A stretch of DNA of 64,000 nucleotides from Chiloscyllium plagiosum (Eukaryota), in the NCBI RefSeq assembly GCF_004010195.1, contig NC_057718.1:65484287-65548286 (forward strand). The letters run 5' to 3'. Both the position numbers and the translations under genes were made by a program. Below, in pieces: positions 51,301 through 64,000 of the stretch; the first letter of the stretch is position 1; each line of letters opens with the position of its first letter. The notes below the pieces were generated by a model. That model was not told where the DNA came from. It worked only from the letters and a program-made list of their open reading frames with translations, and did no database searches.

Positions 51301-52789
51301 ACTCCTATTGACATTTGCCTTTGTGTATATGTCAGCTGATATGTAGCATTGCAATTTTGATGGGAACTTTTAATTTTTTTTATTTGTGGTTTGCAACGCG
51401 TCTGAATACATGCCTTGAAAGGGATGAATTTGCTGTGTCTGGAAGATTTTCTGCAGCAACACATCCTCGAGCCAAATTTAGTCAATAGCTGAATGGAGCA
51501 GGAACATTTACCTGATAATTATAAGGATATGATTAAACAAGACAATTGACCTGCCTCCGTCTTGTTCTGTGTACTTTCCTTTATTTGCTGGGTTGATCTT
51601 TCTGCCTTCCATTTGTTTCTGCATGTTGCATTTGAATAGTGTGAATTAAGTAATTCACATTAAGCAATTTGCACCTGACTTGGGCACAACCCTTGTTTCT
51701 TCACTGCCCATACTAATGTTTAGCTGTTTCATTGTGAAAACTTCTGTTATTTTAATTTACCCTGGCCTCTACTTTGGCACATTTTCTACTTTTGTTCTTT
51801 TTGTGCTCTCTCCTCCACTACTGCCTTAAATCTTGAATTTGTATTTCTGTTCATTTCTGATGAAAGACCATTAATCTGAACTCTGCAGAGAAACAGATTC
51901 TAGTTGATCTGAATTTTCCCACCCTTTAGTTGTTTGGAAGCAGGAAGCATGAAACAATGACTAAGATTCCTGATTTAAGTAAAGCTAACTTTGGTGGGAT
52001 GAAAGAAGTCCTGTCTGCAGTAAAGTGGGCAACACTTACTGGTAGTGATGTTAAATAATGGGAAGTGTTCTAAAGAAAATTTTAGTATTAGTAAAAATTC
52101 ACTACCCTTGAGTGCAAACACCTGTCAAAAAGATAGCCACAGCAAGTCAGAATAAAACTTCAAATTACAACTGTAGAAATGCAACAGCACAGATACTCAA
52201 AGATACAAAGAATTGCCAAGGTGACAAAATAAATTCAGCTCCACAAAGAGATTTGCACTGAATATTGGAATTATTATACCCAAATGGAATACTCCTCTTT
52301 TCATGGAGAGAACTGGAATTCCAGTGGAGGTAAAATGTCATGCTTCAATAGTACAAAACTCTGGTTAACACCTACATCAGGTATTCAGAGCACTGCTGAG
52401 CACTACACCTTAAAACGGATGTATTGGCCTTAAATGGAGTGCAACATTTATTTAGCCAAATGATGCCTAGATTGCTAGGGTTAAATTGAGAAGGCAAAGT
52501 TGGTTGTAGATAAGATAAAGAGGTAAATTGACTCAATCTTGCAGAATATTAAGGGGAGCAGAACAGAGAATTTGGGACAAAGTCTTTCTGTTGGTTAAGG
52601 AGTCTTGAACTACAGCATACTGTCTGAGGACTAGAACCAAGCCTTTCAAGAGTAAAGTTAAGAAATACAATTGCACACAGAACCTTTTCACGTATCGAAC
52701 ACCCTTCCAGTAATGGCAGGATCTAAAAGTTGAAGTTCTGAATTGGAGGAAGGCTAATTTTGACTGTATTAGGCAAGAGCTTTCAAAAG

Positions 52790-52952
52790 GAGAAAGTGAG
52801 GGCTGCAGATGCTAAAGATCAGAGTCAAGAGTGTGGTGCTGGAAAAGCGCAGCAGGTCAGGCAGCATCCAAGGAGCAGGAGAAAAGATGTTTCAGGCATA
52901 AACCTCATGAAGGGCTTATGTCTGAAATGTCAATTCTCCTGCTCCTTGATGT
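52790..52952. mobile_element. Fold-back PLE family B mini-insertion in the CR1
   Basis: CATCCAAGGAGCAGGAGAA..(center)..TTCTCCTGCTCCTTGATG; TSD AAGA(G/A)CTTTCAAAAG at 52775-52789 and 52953-52967. Confidence 0.88.
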
Positions 52953-53746
52953 AAGAACTTTCAAAAGTTAATTGGGGGCAGATGTTCACAGATAAAGGAA
53001 CGGCTATAAAATGGGAAGCCTTCAGAAATGAGATAACGAGCATCCCCAGAGACAGTATATTCTTGTTTGGGTGAAAGGAGAGGCTGGTAGGTGCAGGGAA
53101 TGCTGGATGACCAGAGATGTTAGGTTTTAGTCAAGGAAAAGAAGGAAGCATATATCAGGTATAGACAGGATAGATTGAGTGAATCTTTAGAGTGTAAAGG
53201 CAGTAGGATTATACTGAAGAGGGAAATCAGGAGGGCAAAAAGGGGACATGAGATAGCTTTGGCAAATAGGGTTAAGGAGAATCCAAAGAGATTTTATAAA
53301 CACATTTTAAGGACAAGAGGGCAACTATGGGTAGAATAGGGTCCCTCAAAGATCAGTAAGGCAGCCTATGTGTGGAGCCACAGGAGATGGGGGAGATACG
53401 AAACTAGTATTTTGTATCCATGTTTACTGAGCAAGATATAGAATGTGGAGAAATAGATGGTGACATCTTGAAAAATGTCCATATTACAGAGGAGGATGTG
53501 CTGGATGTCTTGAAATGCATAGACATGGATAAATCCCCAGGACCTGATCAGATGTACACTAGAACTCTGGGAAGCTAACGAAGTGACTGCTGGGTCCCTT
53601 GCTGAGATAGTTGTATCATCGATAGTCACAGATGAGGTGCCAGAAAACTGAAGGTTAGCTAACATGGTGCCATTATTTAAGAAAGATGTTAAAGAAAAGC
53701 CAGGGAACTATAGACAGGTGAGCCTGATGTCAGTGGTGGACAAGTA

Positions 53747-53857
53747 CGGGGAGAATGCGGGTAAGTGGAGTTGAGATGCCCATCAGCCATGATTGAATGG
53801 CGGAGTGGACTCAATGGGCCGAATGGCTTTACTTCCGCTCCTATGGCTTATGGTCTT
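53747..53857 (+). mobile_element. 111-bp CR1 3' tail of another subfamily nested in the HER1 RT
   Basis: ATCAGCCATGATTGAATGG..CTCCTATGGCTTATGGTCTT; AAGTA flanks both sides; the host frame VVDK/LEGIL is interrupted. Confidence 0.8.
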
Positions 53858-55802
53858 AAGTAGTTGGAGGGAATCCTGAGGGACAGGAATTACATGTATT
53901 TGGAAAGGCAAGGATTGATTAGGGATAGGCAATATGGTTTTGTGCATGGAAAATCATGCCTCACAAACTTGATTGGGTTTTTTGAAGAAGCAACAAAGGA
54001 TTGATGAGGGTAGAGTGGTGGACGTGATCTATATGTACTTCAGTAGGGCATTCGACAAGGTTCCCCGTGGGAGACTGATATTAGCAAGGTTAGATCACAT
54101 GGAATACAGGGAAACCTAGCCATTTCGATACTGAACAGATTGAAGGTAGAAGACAGAGGATGGTGTTGGAGGGTTGCTTTTCAGACTGGAGGCCTGTGAC
54201 CAGTGGAGTGCCACAAGGATCACTGCTGGGTCCACTACTTTTCATCATTTTATATAAATGATTTGGATGTGAGCATAAGAGGTTATAGTTGGTAAGTTTG
54301 CAGATGACACCAAAATTGGAAATGTAGTGGACAGTGAAGAAGGTTACCTCAGATTACAATGGGATCTTGATCAGGTGGACCAATTGGTTGAGGAGTGGCA
54401 GATGGAGTTTAATTTCGATAAATGTGAGGTGCTGCATTTTGGAAAAATCAAATCTTAGCAGGACTTATACACTTAATGGTAAGGTCCTGGGGAGTGTTGT
54501 TGAACAAAGAGACCTTGGAGTGCAGGTTCATAATTCCTTGAAAGTAGAGTCACAGCTAGACAGGACAGTGAAGAAGGCGTTTGGTATGCTTTCCTTTATT
54601 GATTAGAGTATTGAGTACATGAGTTGGGAGGTCATGTTGCGGCTGTACAGGGACATTGGTTAGGCCACTTTTGGAATATTGCATGTGAATCTGGTCTCCA
54701 TCCAATTGGACAGATGTTGTAAAACATGAAAGGGTTCAGAAAAGGTTTACAAAGATGTTGCCAGGGTTGGAGGGATATGAGCTATAGGGAGAGGCTCAAT
54801 AGGCCAGGGCTGTTCTGCCTGGAGTGTCGGAAGCTGAGGGGTGACCTTTTACAATGGTTGATAAAGTCATGTGGGGGCATTGATAGGATAAATAGACAGT
54901 CTTTTTCCTGCGGTGGTTGAGTCCAGAACTGGAAGGCATAGGTTTAGGTGAGAGGGAAAAAATTTAAAAGGGACCTAAGTGGCAACATTCTCACAGAGGG
55001 TGATGTCTGTACGGAATGAGCTGTCAGAGGAAGTGGTGGAGGCTGGTACAATTGCAACATTTAAAAGGCATCTGGATGGGTATATGAATAGGAAGGGTTT
55101 GGAGCAATATGGGCCAAGTGCTGGAAAATGGAGTAGATTAGGTTAGGATATCTGATCGGCATAGACGAGTTGGTCCGAAGGGTCTGTTTTCGTGCTGTAC
55201 ATCTGACTCTAAATTAGTGATGAATTAATTTAAAATTGAGATGGATATTAAAGGATATGGGGAAAGGTGATATATGGAGTAGTGATGCAGTCATCAAAAC
55301 AGGATCTTCTGTCCACCAAGACTATGTCGACCCAGAAGCACCAAACTCTGTTAATCCAATTTACCTATACTTGGTACATAGCCTTCTACGCCTGGGCATT
55401 TTCAGTACTCCTCCAGCTGCTGCTTTAATGTTGCAGGAGTACCTGCCTCCACCCTCTCAGGCAACATGTTCCATATCTGCCGCACTCTGGTTGGAAAAAC
55501 AATTGTTCGGATCTCCCCAAACCACTTGCTCCTTGCCTTTTTAAACTTTGCCTTCTGGTCTTGCACATGTCTGCCGTGGGGAAGATTAACTCCTGTCTAT
55601 GCTTATAATTTTCTATACCTCCATCAAGTTCCACCCCCACTTCCCCAACCTCCTCAACATTTTCTGCTCCAACGAAAAGAAACACAGCCTATCCAGTCTC
55701 CTCCTCCCGTGTTAACACTTTTTATCCCAGGCAACGTTCTAGTGAATCTACGCTGCACCCTCTAATACAATGACATTCTTCTGATAGCATGGGAACCAGA
55801 AC

Positions 55803-56420
55803 TTTTGTTGGTCAGAGTATTGAGTACATGAGTTGGGAGGTCATGTTGCGGCTGTACAGGACTTTGGTTAGGCCACTGTTGGAATATTGCAAGCAATTCT
55901 GGTCTCCTTCCTATCGGAAGGATGTTGTGAAACTTGAAAGGGCTCAGAAAAGATTTACGAGGATGTTGCCAGGGTTGGAGGATTTGAGCTATAGGGAGAG
56001 GCTGAACAGGCTGGGGCTGTTTTCCCTGGTACGTCGGAGGCTGAGGGGTGACCTCTATAGGGGTTTACAAAATTGAGGGGCATGGATAGGGTAAATAGGA
56101 AAAGTCTTTTCCCTGGGGTCGGGTAGTCCAGAACTAGAGGGCATAGGTTTAGGGTGAGAGGGGAAAGATCTAAAAGAGACCTAAGGGGCAACTTTTTCAT
56201 GCAGAGTGTGGTATGAGTATGGGATGAGCTGCCAGAGGAAGTGGTGGAGGCTAGTACAATTGCAGCATTTAAGAGGGATTTGGATGGGTATATGAATGGG
56301 AAGGGTTTGGAGGGATATGGGCTGGCAGGTGGGGCTAGATAGGGTCGAGCTACCTGGTCGGCGTGGACGAGTTGGACTGAAGGGTTTGTTTCCATGCTGT
56401 ACATCTCTATGATTCTATGA
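55803..56420 (+). mobile_element. Young HER1/CR1 LINE 3' fragment
   Basis: ORF 55789-56076; tail CATCTCTATGATTCTATGACT. Confidence 0.93.
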
Positions 56421-56702
56421 CTTCCTTGCTTCTATATTCAGTGTCCTGGCTAATGAAGTGCATCTTCTTGTATGATCCCTTCACTCTGGTTAATTGTGCT
56501 GATACCTTCAGGGATCTATGGACTTGTACACCAAGGTCCCTCTGTTCCTCAGTACTTCCTCGGGACCTACACTTCATTGTGTATATCTTTCCTTTATTAG
56601 ATGTCCCAAAATGCATCACTCCTCTCTTATCCGGATTAAATTCAATCTGACATTGCTTTGCCCAATTTACCAGCTGTTCAATATCTGACTGGAGCCTGAG
56701 AC

Positions 56703-57139
56703 TCAAAGAACTGTGGATGTAGGAAATGAGAAACAAAAACAAATTAGTGGAAAGTTCCAGCAGGTCTGGCAGCATCTGTGAAGAGATGTCTAAGTTTACA
56801 TTTCAGGTTGAGTTACACTTCCTCAGAACTCTAGGTATGAACACCTTTGAAGTGCTGCTCCTCTCTCTGACCGGATTTCTCTTCCAATCATTTTCCTTGT
56901 CCACCGTCCTTAATTTCATTATTGTTCCTGGTGTTCAACCAAGGTATTTGATAAAACTCTCTTCCACAGCCCATATTGCATTCCTCAGTTATTGTCTCCA
57001 CCTCAGATTCATCCCATATAGTTTACAACTTCAGTTTCACAAAGTTCTGAGGAAGTCAGTTGACCTGAAACATTAACTCTGATTTTTCAACATAGCTGCT
57101 GCCAGATCTGCTGAGTTTTTCTATCAATTTTATTTTTGT
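56703..57139. mobile_element. Fold-back PLE family D insertion
   Basis: 56730-56830 is inverted against 57043-57139; perfect TSD AGCCTGAGAC at 56693-56702 and 57140-57149; decayed HHR CTGAGGAAGTCAGTTGACCTGAAACATT. Confidence 0.85.
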
Positions 57140-58269
57140 AGCCTGAGACCATTCTCTTCACTCCACTTCAGTTTTCATGCCATCTGCCAACTTATAATTA
57201 CACTTTCCACATTCAAATTCCTGGAATTCCAATCTGCAAGGAATTGTGGGTCAACCTACAGCGTGTGGACTGCAGTGGTTCAAGAAGGCAGCTCACCACC
57301 ATCACCACCTTAAGGCACCTAAGGACAGGCAGTAAATGCTGGCCAGCCAATACTGACCATCCTGATCAATTCCTTTCCAAGCATTGATGAATTCTTCTTT
57401 GAGAAATTTTTCCAATAATTTCCCTACCATTGACGTCAGACTAGGTAGTCTGTGTAATTACCTGGCCTGTCCCTGTTTTCTTTTTTGAACAAAGGATGAA
57501 TGACCCCTAGACTGCTAACTGTTTTGATCCTGTTAGCCGTGATCTTAACCAGGCTCAGGAGGTGGCTAACCAGGAGTGGTCTTGTGTTTCTACATACTTG
57601 ATTCCAATTATGAACATGCATCACTGTGTTTCCTTTTTTTTAAGTTGTATACTTCGAGGAAATGTTGCTGGAGCCTTTGCTTTTGAACTGGGGTCATTTT
57701 ATATTTCTCATTCAAGGTCTCTGTATTGATTGAGGTTAATTATAATTTGTTTTCAGGGCCAAGCACTTGTTGAGACAGTTTTTTTTTTCTTGCCATTTTT
57801 TTTTTCTCTTTTAGGTGCTGAATATTAACAGGTATATCAACAGCACTCCAGTACTTTTCCCAGATGGTCATTTAACTTGTCACAAGTGCCCAACATTGAA
57901 TACCTGTTGGATGATTTGTGTAGCCATCACAGTCACTTGATCCTGAGTATTCACTTGCACACCTTTCAATGTTCTGCTGGCATGTGATGGAAATTGAAAA
58001 TGTTACATTGCTTTGCCTACCTTCTGGCCTTTTTCTAGTTCAAAGGAGTCCTACTTGACCTACTTTTACTGCTTCAGCTGCTTATCACTTTTTATATTGC
58101 TTATTGTGAAATATAGTTTGCCCATGCTTCTGTGAAGCATCTATGTTTGACTGTTAAAGTTGCTCTACAAATACAAGTTGTTGCTTGTTTATGTCCATGT
58201 CATTAAACTGTTTTGAAAACTGAGCTTTGCATCATCAAGTCAGCATGAATCATGTACTTTTGAAGGTAA

Positions 58270-58587
<318 letters not shown>

Positions 58588-59569
58588 TGAGAGTAACCAT
58601 ATCTTTTTAATGTATTATTTGTTGTTTTATCTATATGATTAAACATTTGATACAAAAGATTTCCATGACACAGGTTTGTTTTTCATTACTTATGGAGCAC
58701 CAATAAAATCATCATGTCTGATGATTTTATTGGAATAACTTCTAGACTAGATTCTCCAAAGGCTTGTGGATCTCCAGAGTACCAACAATTTATAAAGGTG
58801 ATTTGGACTGAACCTTTTATCTTCGGAAGGAGAAAGCTGTGGAGAAACGTGATAGATATCTTTAAAATCAGAAAGGGTTTTAGAGTATAAACCTAGAGGT
58901 GTTTTCATTTGCAGGGTTGTCCAAAAACTAGAGGCTCTGAATATAAAATAATCACGAGTGAATTCAATATGGAATTCTGGAGAAACAGTGGCAAGAATGT
59001 AAGGGTTTGCTACCACAAGGAATGTTCGAGGTGGATAGCATTCATGCACTTAGTTGTAAACATGGATCATGAATGTCGATGAATTGTTTTCTTTCAACTT
59101 TTTTTTATTATTTTGAGGACATGAAGGTTTGGGTACATCAGTTCTCTTGTTGACTTGCTCTTTTTAGTGTCACAGGGTCATTTCCACTTTCCTTTCAGTA
59201 AGGGAGAGCAGTTTACGAAGGAAGGCTGAATCAGAACTCTTACCGGGAGATTTTCTTTTTGTTACTTCACCATACAGGAGGGATGTAGAAATTTAAGGAT
59301 TTTTAAACTCGTTTGCAGACTGATGTTTCTTAATTTGCTACATAAACAGTTCAGCCATTTTGTCTACCGTGCCGCCCCCACTGCTTGAATAAGACAACAT
59401 TGTGGATGCAATTCACAATGAGTCATCCACAGCTCTTGGTTGAAAGCTGTGTCTTTTCCTAAGTGGTCTTTTATTTGAATGAAGGCTTAGGATTGAGTTT
59501 GGCATTCTCGTGCCTCCTCTCTGCTGCATACCCCGTTCGCCTGGCTCAGTTTCATCCTGGTAAATAGAA

Positions 59570-60673
59570 TAGATAATAGACAATAGGTGCAGGAGTAGGT
59601 CATTCAGCCCTTCAAGCCTGCACCACCATTCAATATGATCATGGCTGATCATCCTTAATCAGTATCCTGTTCCTGCCTTATCTCCATAACCCTTGATTCC
59701 ACTATCCTTGAGAGCTCTATCCAACTCTTAAATGAACCCAAAGGGCAGAGCATTCCACACAGCCACCCCTCTCTGGCTGAAGAAGTTTCTCCTCATCTCT
59801 GTCCTAAATGATCTACCCTGTATTTTTAAGCTGTGTCCCCTGGTTCGGCACTGACCCATCAGCAGAAACATGTTTCCTGCCTCCAGAGTGTCCAATCCTT
59901 GAGACATAAGATTATTAAATCAGATCCCCTCTCAGTCTTCTAAACTCAAGGGTATACAAGCCCAGTCGCTCCAGTCTTTCAGCGTAAGGTAGTCCCACCA
60001 TTCCAGGAATTGACCTCGTGAACCTACACTGCACTCCCTCAATAGCCAGAATGTCTTTCCTCAAATTTGGAGACCAGAACTGCACACCGTATTCCAGGTG
60101 TGGTCTCGCCAGGGCCCTGTACAGTTGCAGAAGAACCTCTTTGCTTCTATACTCAATCCCTCTTGTTGTGAAGGCCAGCATGCTATTAGCCGCCTTCACT
60201 ACCTGCTGTACCTGCATGCTTACCTTCATTGACTGGTGTACAAGAACACCCAGAACTCTCTGTACTGCCCCTTTACCTAAATTGATTCCACTTAGGTGGT
60301 AATCTGCCTTCCTGTCCTTGCCACCAAAGTGGATAAGGATCCATTTATCCACGTGAAAGTGCATCTGCCATGCATCTGAGCACTCACCTAACTTGTCCAG
60401 GTCACCCTGTAATCTCCTAACATCCTCCTCACGTTTCACCCTGCCACCCAGCTTAGTAAAATCAGCAAATTTGCTAATGTTATTACTAATACCATCTTCT
60501 ATATCATTAACATATATTATAAAAAGCTGTGGTCCCAGCACTGATCCCTGCGGTACCCCACTGGTCAGTGCCTGCCATTCGAAATGGAGCCGTTTATCAC
60601 TACTCTTTGTTTCCTATCAGCCAACCAACTTTCAATCCAAGTTAGTACCTTGCCCCCAACACCATGCGCCCTA
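59570..60673 (-). mobile_element. CR1 LINE RT and 3' UTR (distinct subfamily)
   Basis: 208-aa ORF 59915-60541 (LGPQLFIIYVND..KFADFTK..RPHLEYGVQFWSP..RRLRGDLI). Confidence 0.95.
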
Positions 60674-61760
60674 ATCGGCTTTGAGAACAGCTCGTAACTA
60701 CGATTGGTTCCTGGGTGAATGTGATAAGGAGGTCCATTTGAGGTGTGGTAGTTATACGAGCATCTTGGCGGAAAGCTTGTAAGTATTGCTGCCACGCACT
60801 TCAGGTGAAACTTGGCTGGGTGAGTCTGTTATTTACTTCTCTGGCAGTTAAATCTCTATGCTCCCATGACACATCAAGTTTCTCTTTGGCGGTTGTAAGA
60901 TGCTCTCCATCTCTCTCGCAACAGCTTCAGTCCCCTCTTCAGTGCCTTGTGCTGGGCACAGCAGGATATGACAATTTTCGAACCTCTTCCAAAGTCGTAT
61001 TGATGAACATCTCTGAATCTATCTAGACAGCGGGGCCTCAGCTTAATCAGTGCATTGGTTTGCTCCATTGATGATGCTGTAGTGATTTGGTTCCTGTTGT
61101 ATCTCTATATACTTTTGAGTTCCTCACTGCGTCAGCAGTCATTGGCCATCCTCTGCTTTCTAGGGTCCTGCCATTGAGGCTACTTGATAGAGAGAACATC
61201 TATAGATTCTAATGTTGGATAAAACAATCATGGTAGCACCCTTGATATCTGATGCAGACCTATGTATGATGCTCTTGTGGTGGCCACAGACCATCTGCAC
61301 ATAAACACGTTTGAAGCCTTTTCAGTTAACAAAGACAAATGACTCATCAGATAGTGATTGCTTAAAATCAAGGCACCCTTGGACTAATGGAAATTAAGTG
61401 AGACCCTCTTGTGGAGCAGCAGTAGTGTCCCTACACCTGAACTTGTGGAGGCCTGAGTTGAAGAAATTTGCTCAGAAATGTGTAATAATATCTCTGTTTA
61501 GATTTATTAGAAAAAATAGGTTAAATTTTTTTAAAAAGGGAAATTTATGTGAAGTTACCAGCTTTCTGGGTCCAACTGCCCTCATTCATGTCAAAGCCAA
61601 TATCACTGGAAACCTTAAAGCATAAGATACTGGTGTTTTGAGTCACTTATTGTACATGACGCATGTGGGCTACAACTCCCTTGTTCCACTGCTGGATCTG
61701 ACACCTCCCTATACCATCAAAGTGTCTGCCGCTGATGCCTGGAACTTTACTTTCAGAATA

Positions 61761-62341
61761 CAGGGGAACCTCTATTTATCCGAACTTGATGGGCGGGCAC
61801 TCTTTCGTTCGGTTAACCGATTAAATGCATTCCTCTGGGGCTTGGAGCTTTTAAAGTCTGCTCCTTGTTCAGGAGACTGCAGCGGCCCAGCCCCCAACCC
61901 TGTGCAATACCTCCCCCTGCCCGCAACATCTACCCCCACCCCCTCTCCGGGGCAGCTGGACTGGACACCAACAACAAGTCTGCTGCAGTTGCCTTTGTGG
62001 AGAAAGTCTCCATATAGTGCGTGTGCACACAGCCACACAACTTTTTTACTGCAACTTTTTGACAGGTTCCACCTTTGCCCTGTACAGGACAACGTTGGAG
62101 AGATTATCTGGGGAAGGAGGCTTTAGGGTACACCCCTTTGTAGAACTCCAGGGAAAGTGTGAGGAGAGAGAGAGGGCAGGCAGGCTGTCATTTGGAGACG
62201 GTGCCTGTTTAATCACTGTAAACAAAAGATGTGATCACTGTTGGAAACCATGTCTTTGTAATGTTTCCATCGGAACTCGAGATCTCCTTCGTGTAATCCA
62301 ATTTTCGGATAATTGGTATTCGGATAATCGAGGTTCCTCTG
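61761..62341. mobile_element. Non-autonomous Tc1/mariner-superfamily (pogo/Tigger-like) DNA transposon, 581 bp
   Basis: TA|CAGGGGAACCTCTATTTATCCGAA ... TTCGGATAATCGAGGTTCCTCTG|TA terminal inverted repeats with TA TSD; subterminal TTCGGATAAT repeat; no transposase. Confidence 0.88.
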
Positions 62342-64000
62342 TACAGCAGCAGACTACTATGGAAAATAAATGATTTGCTTTCTCATGGCTTTTCTATTCT
62401 ACAAGGGATCTATCACAATGTTGTTTGGCTCTGCATTTATGAAGGAGCCCTGATTGGAGTCTCCTGTTAGAAATGCGGAGCTCCGTATGTCTTTATTTAA
62501 AAAATGTGAGTCGGCATGACATTATCCTCTTCAGAAATCCCATTCCTTTGCCTTCATTTGAATTGCAACTCTGTGTACGGCTGCATGCAACTATTATAAA
62601 GTCCAATGCTGTTAAAGTTGCTGTTCCTGTTACTGTGGCTACTGGATTGCAGCAAACTGCATTTCCTTCTTAGTGTGTTCAAACGATAGTGAAATAAGTA
62701 GTTCCCATTTTGATCACAAATACTTGTAGACAAGATGTTGAAGTGGAGCACAGAGAACTTGGGCACTTGGTATTTGTGAACAAAGTTGCTGTTCTTAGAA
62801 AATCATGCGTTCACGCAAATGTAATAAATCCAGAAAATACTAGCGTTTCATTGTGGCTTTCCACAAGCTTACTAATTTCAGCCTTCATACTGTTGCTAGC
62901 AGGTCAGTTCTCATTGATCAATAACTTCCCGCTGTGCACTTGTCTCCTTCACCCTGACAAGATTTTAAAAATATCTTGGAACTATGCATTGCTTGCAAAG
63001 TCAAAATGCAGAGTTAAATAAACTTCTTAATTGTCTTAATTGCTTTCCCATCAGAATGAAGTGAGTCTAATGATGAACTGTGAATCAAGCCCAGCATTGT
63101 CTTTCAGGAATTGACTCCTTGTATGCAAACATGCCCATGTTTGGCAGGGAAAGTTCAACCCCAGTGTATGTGGGGATAAAAGGAGATTTGCATTTCTTTC
63201 TATTTTACAGGTCCATTGAACGTTGTCCATTTTATTATGCATGTGGCAGCTCATTGCTAAGATTGTCCCAGAGTAATGCTACAACCTCCTGGGCTCTCCT
63301 GAAACCTGTCTTCCTTTATTTATCCAGTTTTTGCTTTTAAAAGATGCAGTAATCTTTGCCTCAAGAGTTCTTTGTGACACCATGTACCATTTTCCAGTAA
63401 TTGTTTATTTAAAATAAAAATGTTCTTAGTATCTCCTACTTTTAATGAAAACAATAAATTGTTAATTCAATCCTCACTGAATCTCCAAAGGACATAATCT
63501 TCTATGCATATTCACAACATTTTAAGACACCTTTTTTTAAAAAAGGTTAATTTACTTCAGTTAAGGAACAGGGTCTACTTCACTGAAACTTTAGTTACCT
63601 CCCCTTGGCAACATTCTGATGAATTGTTATACTTTAACATTAAATTTCTTCAGATATTAGCATAAGTGTACATTTTGTTCAAATTTGCCATTGGTACTTG
63701 GATCTTGTACTCTGTGCCCATATATATCTCTTCAATGATGCAGTCCTCTTTTCCATGAATACGTTTAACTTGCATGGTATTCATTTTTCATTAAGAATAT
63801 CTAACTTGTAATGTATTTATACCCAACTGATTTTCCTTGATGAAAAATGAGCTCTAATTTTACAAAATAAAAATGTTCTAGGAATGCTGTTATAGTAGGT
63901 CCTAGTTATTAATGGCTTTGAGTTCTATGGTCAAGTCAGTAACTTTGGAGGGTTGTACAAAGTTATGTTCTTGGCATAAGTTCTGACATAATGTTTGAGA

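Larger units (their letters stand above)
52730..55210 (+). mobile_element. Long HER1/CR1 LINE fragment (ORF2 linker, RT, 3' UTR), decayed, with two nested insertions
   Basis: DKSPGPD, PGNYRQVSL, SCLTNL, AFDKVP, PQGS, KFADDTKI motifs in order. Confidence 0.95.
55360..57215 (-). mobile_element. Older CR1 fragment split by a HER1 copy (55803-56420) and a PLE (56703-57139)
   Basis: ORF 56407-56775 (LQSDIEQLVNWAKQCQIEFNPDK..RDLGVQVH) continues toward 55360-55800. Confidence 0.8.

Noticed and set aside
59915..60541. 208-aa ORF as a host gene or active RT
   Set aside because: Truncated CR1 RT with FADF in place of the catalytic FADD.
60680..61320. Possible very old LINE RT remnant on the minus strand (DIKGA-like)
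   Set aside because: Only one weak motif; cannot be supported without a profile search.
61638..62373. ORFs of 162, 106 and 118 aa as a transposase
   Set aside because: No HTH or DDD/E motifs, and the two + strand ORFs cross the MITE boundaries.

Overview
Vertebrate genomic DNA, most likely an elasmobranch (shark), inferred from HE1-type V-SINEs and HER1/CR1 LINEs. The window holds the 5' end of CNKSR3 on the + strand: a CpG-rich promoter region (~4.15-5.66 kb), coding exon 1 (4634-4685), a 53.6-kb intron 1 and coding exon 2 (58331-58494), together encoding the SAM domain. Exon 3 was not found. Almost everything else is interspersed repeats: many truncated CR1 LINEs, tRNA-derived SINEs, a pogo/Tigger-like MITE, a probable 3' LTR with polypurine tract, and many Penelope-like element (PLE) insertions of at least four families. 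The most striking structure is in the PLEs. Many are short fold-back insertions with both 3' ends pointing outward, one arm carrying an extra tail of about 40 nt or more, flanked by 7-15 bp target-site duplications (TSDs). Their arms carry minimal type-I hammerhead ribozyme (HHR) motifs with a palindromic, loop-less stem III. One 220-bp non-coding element (6003-6222) has an intact hammerhead on each strand. Most other copies have been hit at the CpG containing catalytic G12. Most ORFs in the supplied track are repeat fragments or spurious. Repeat boundaries are approximate unless a TSD is quoted.
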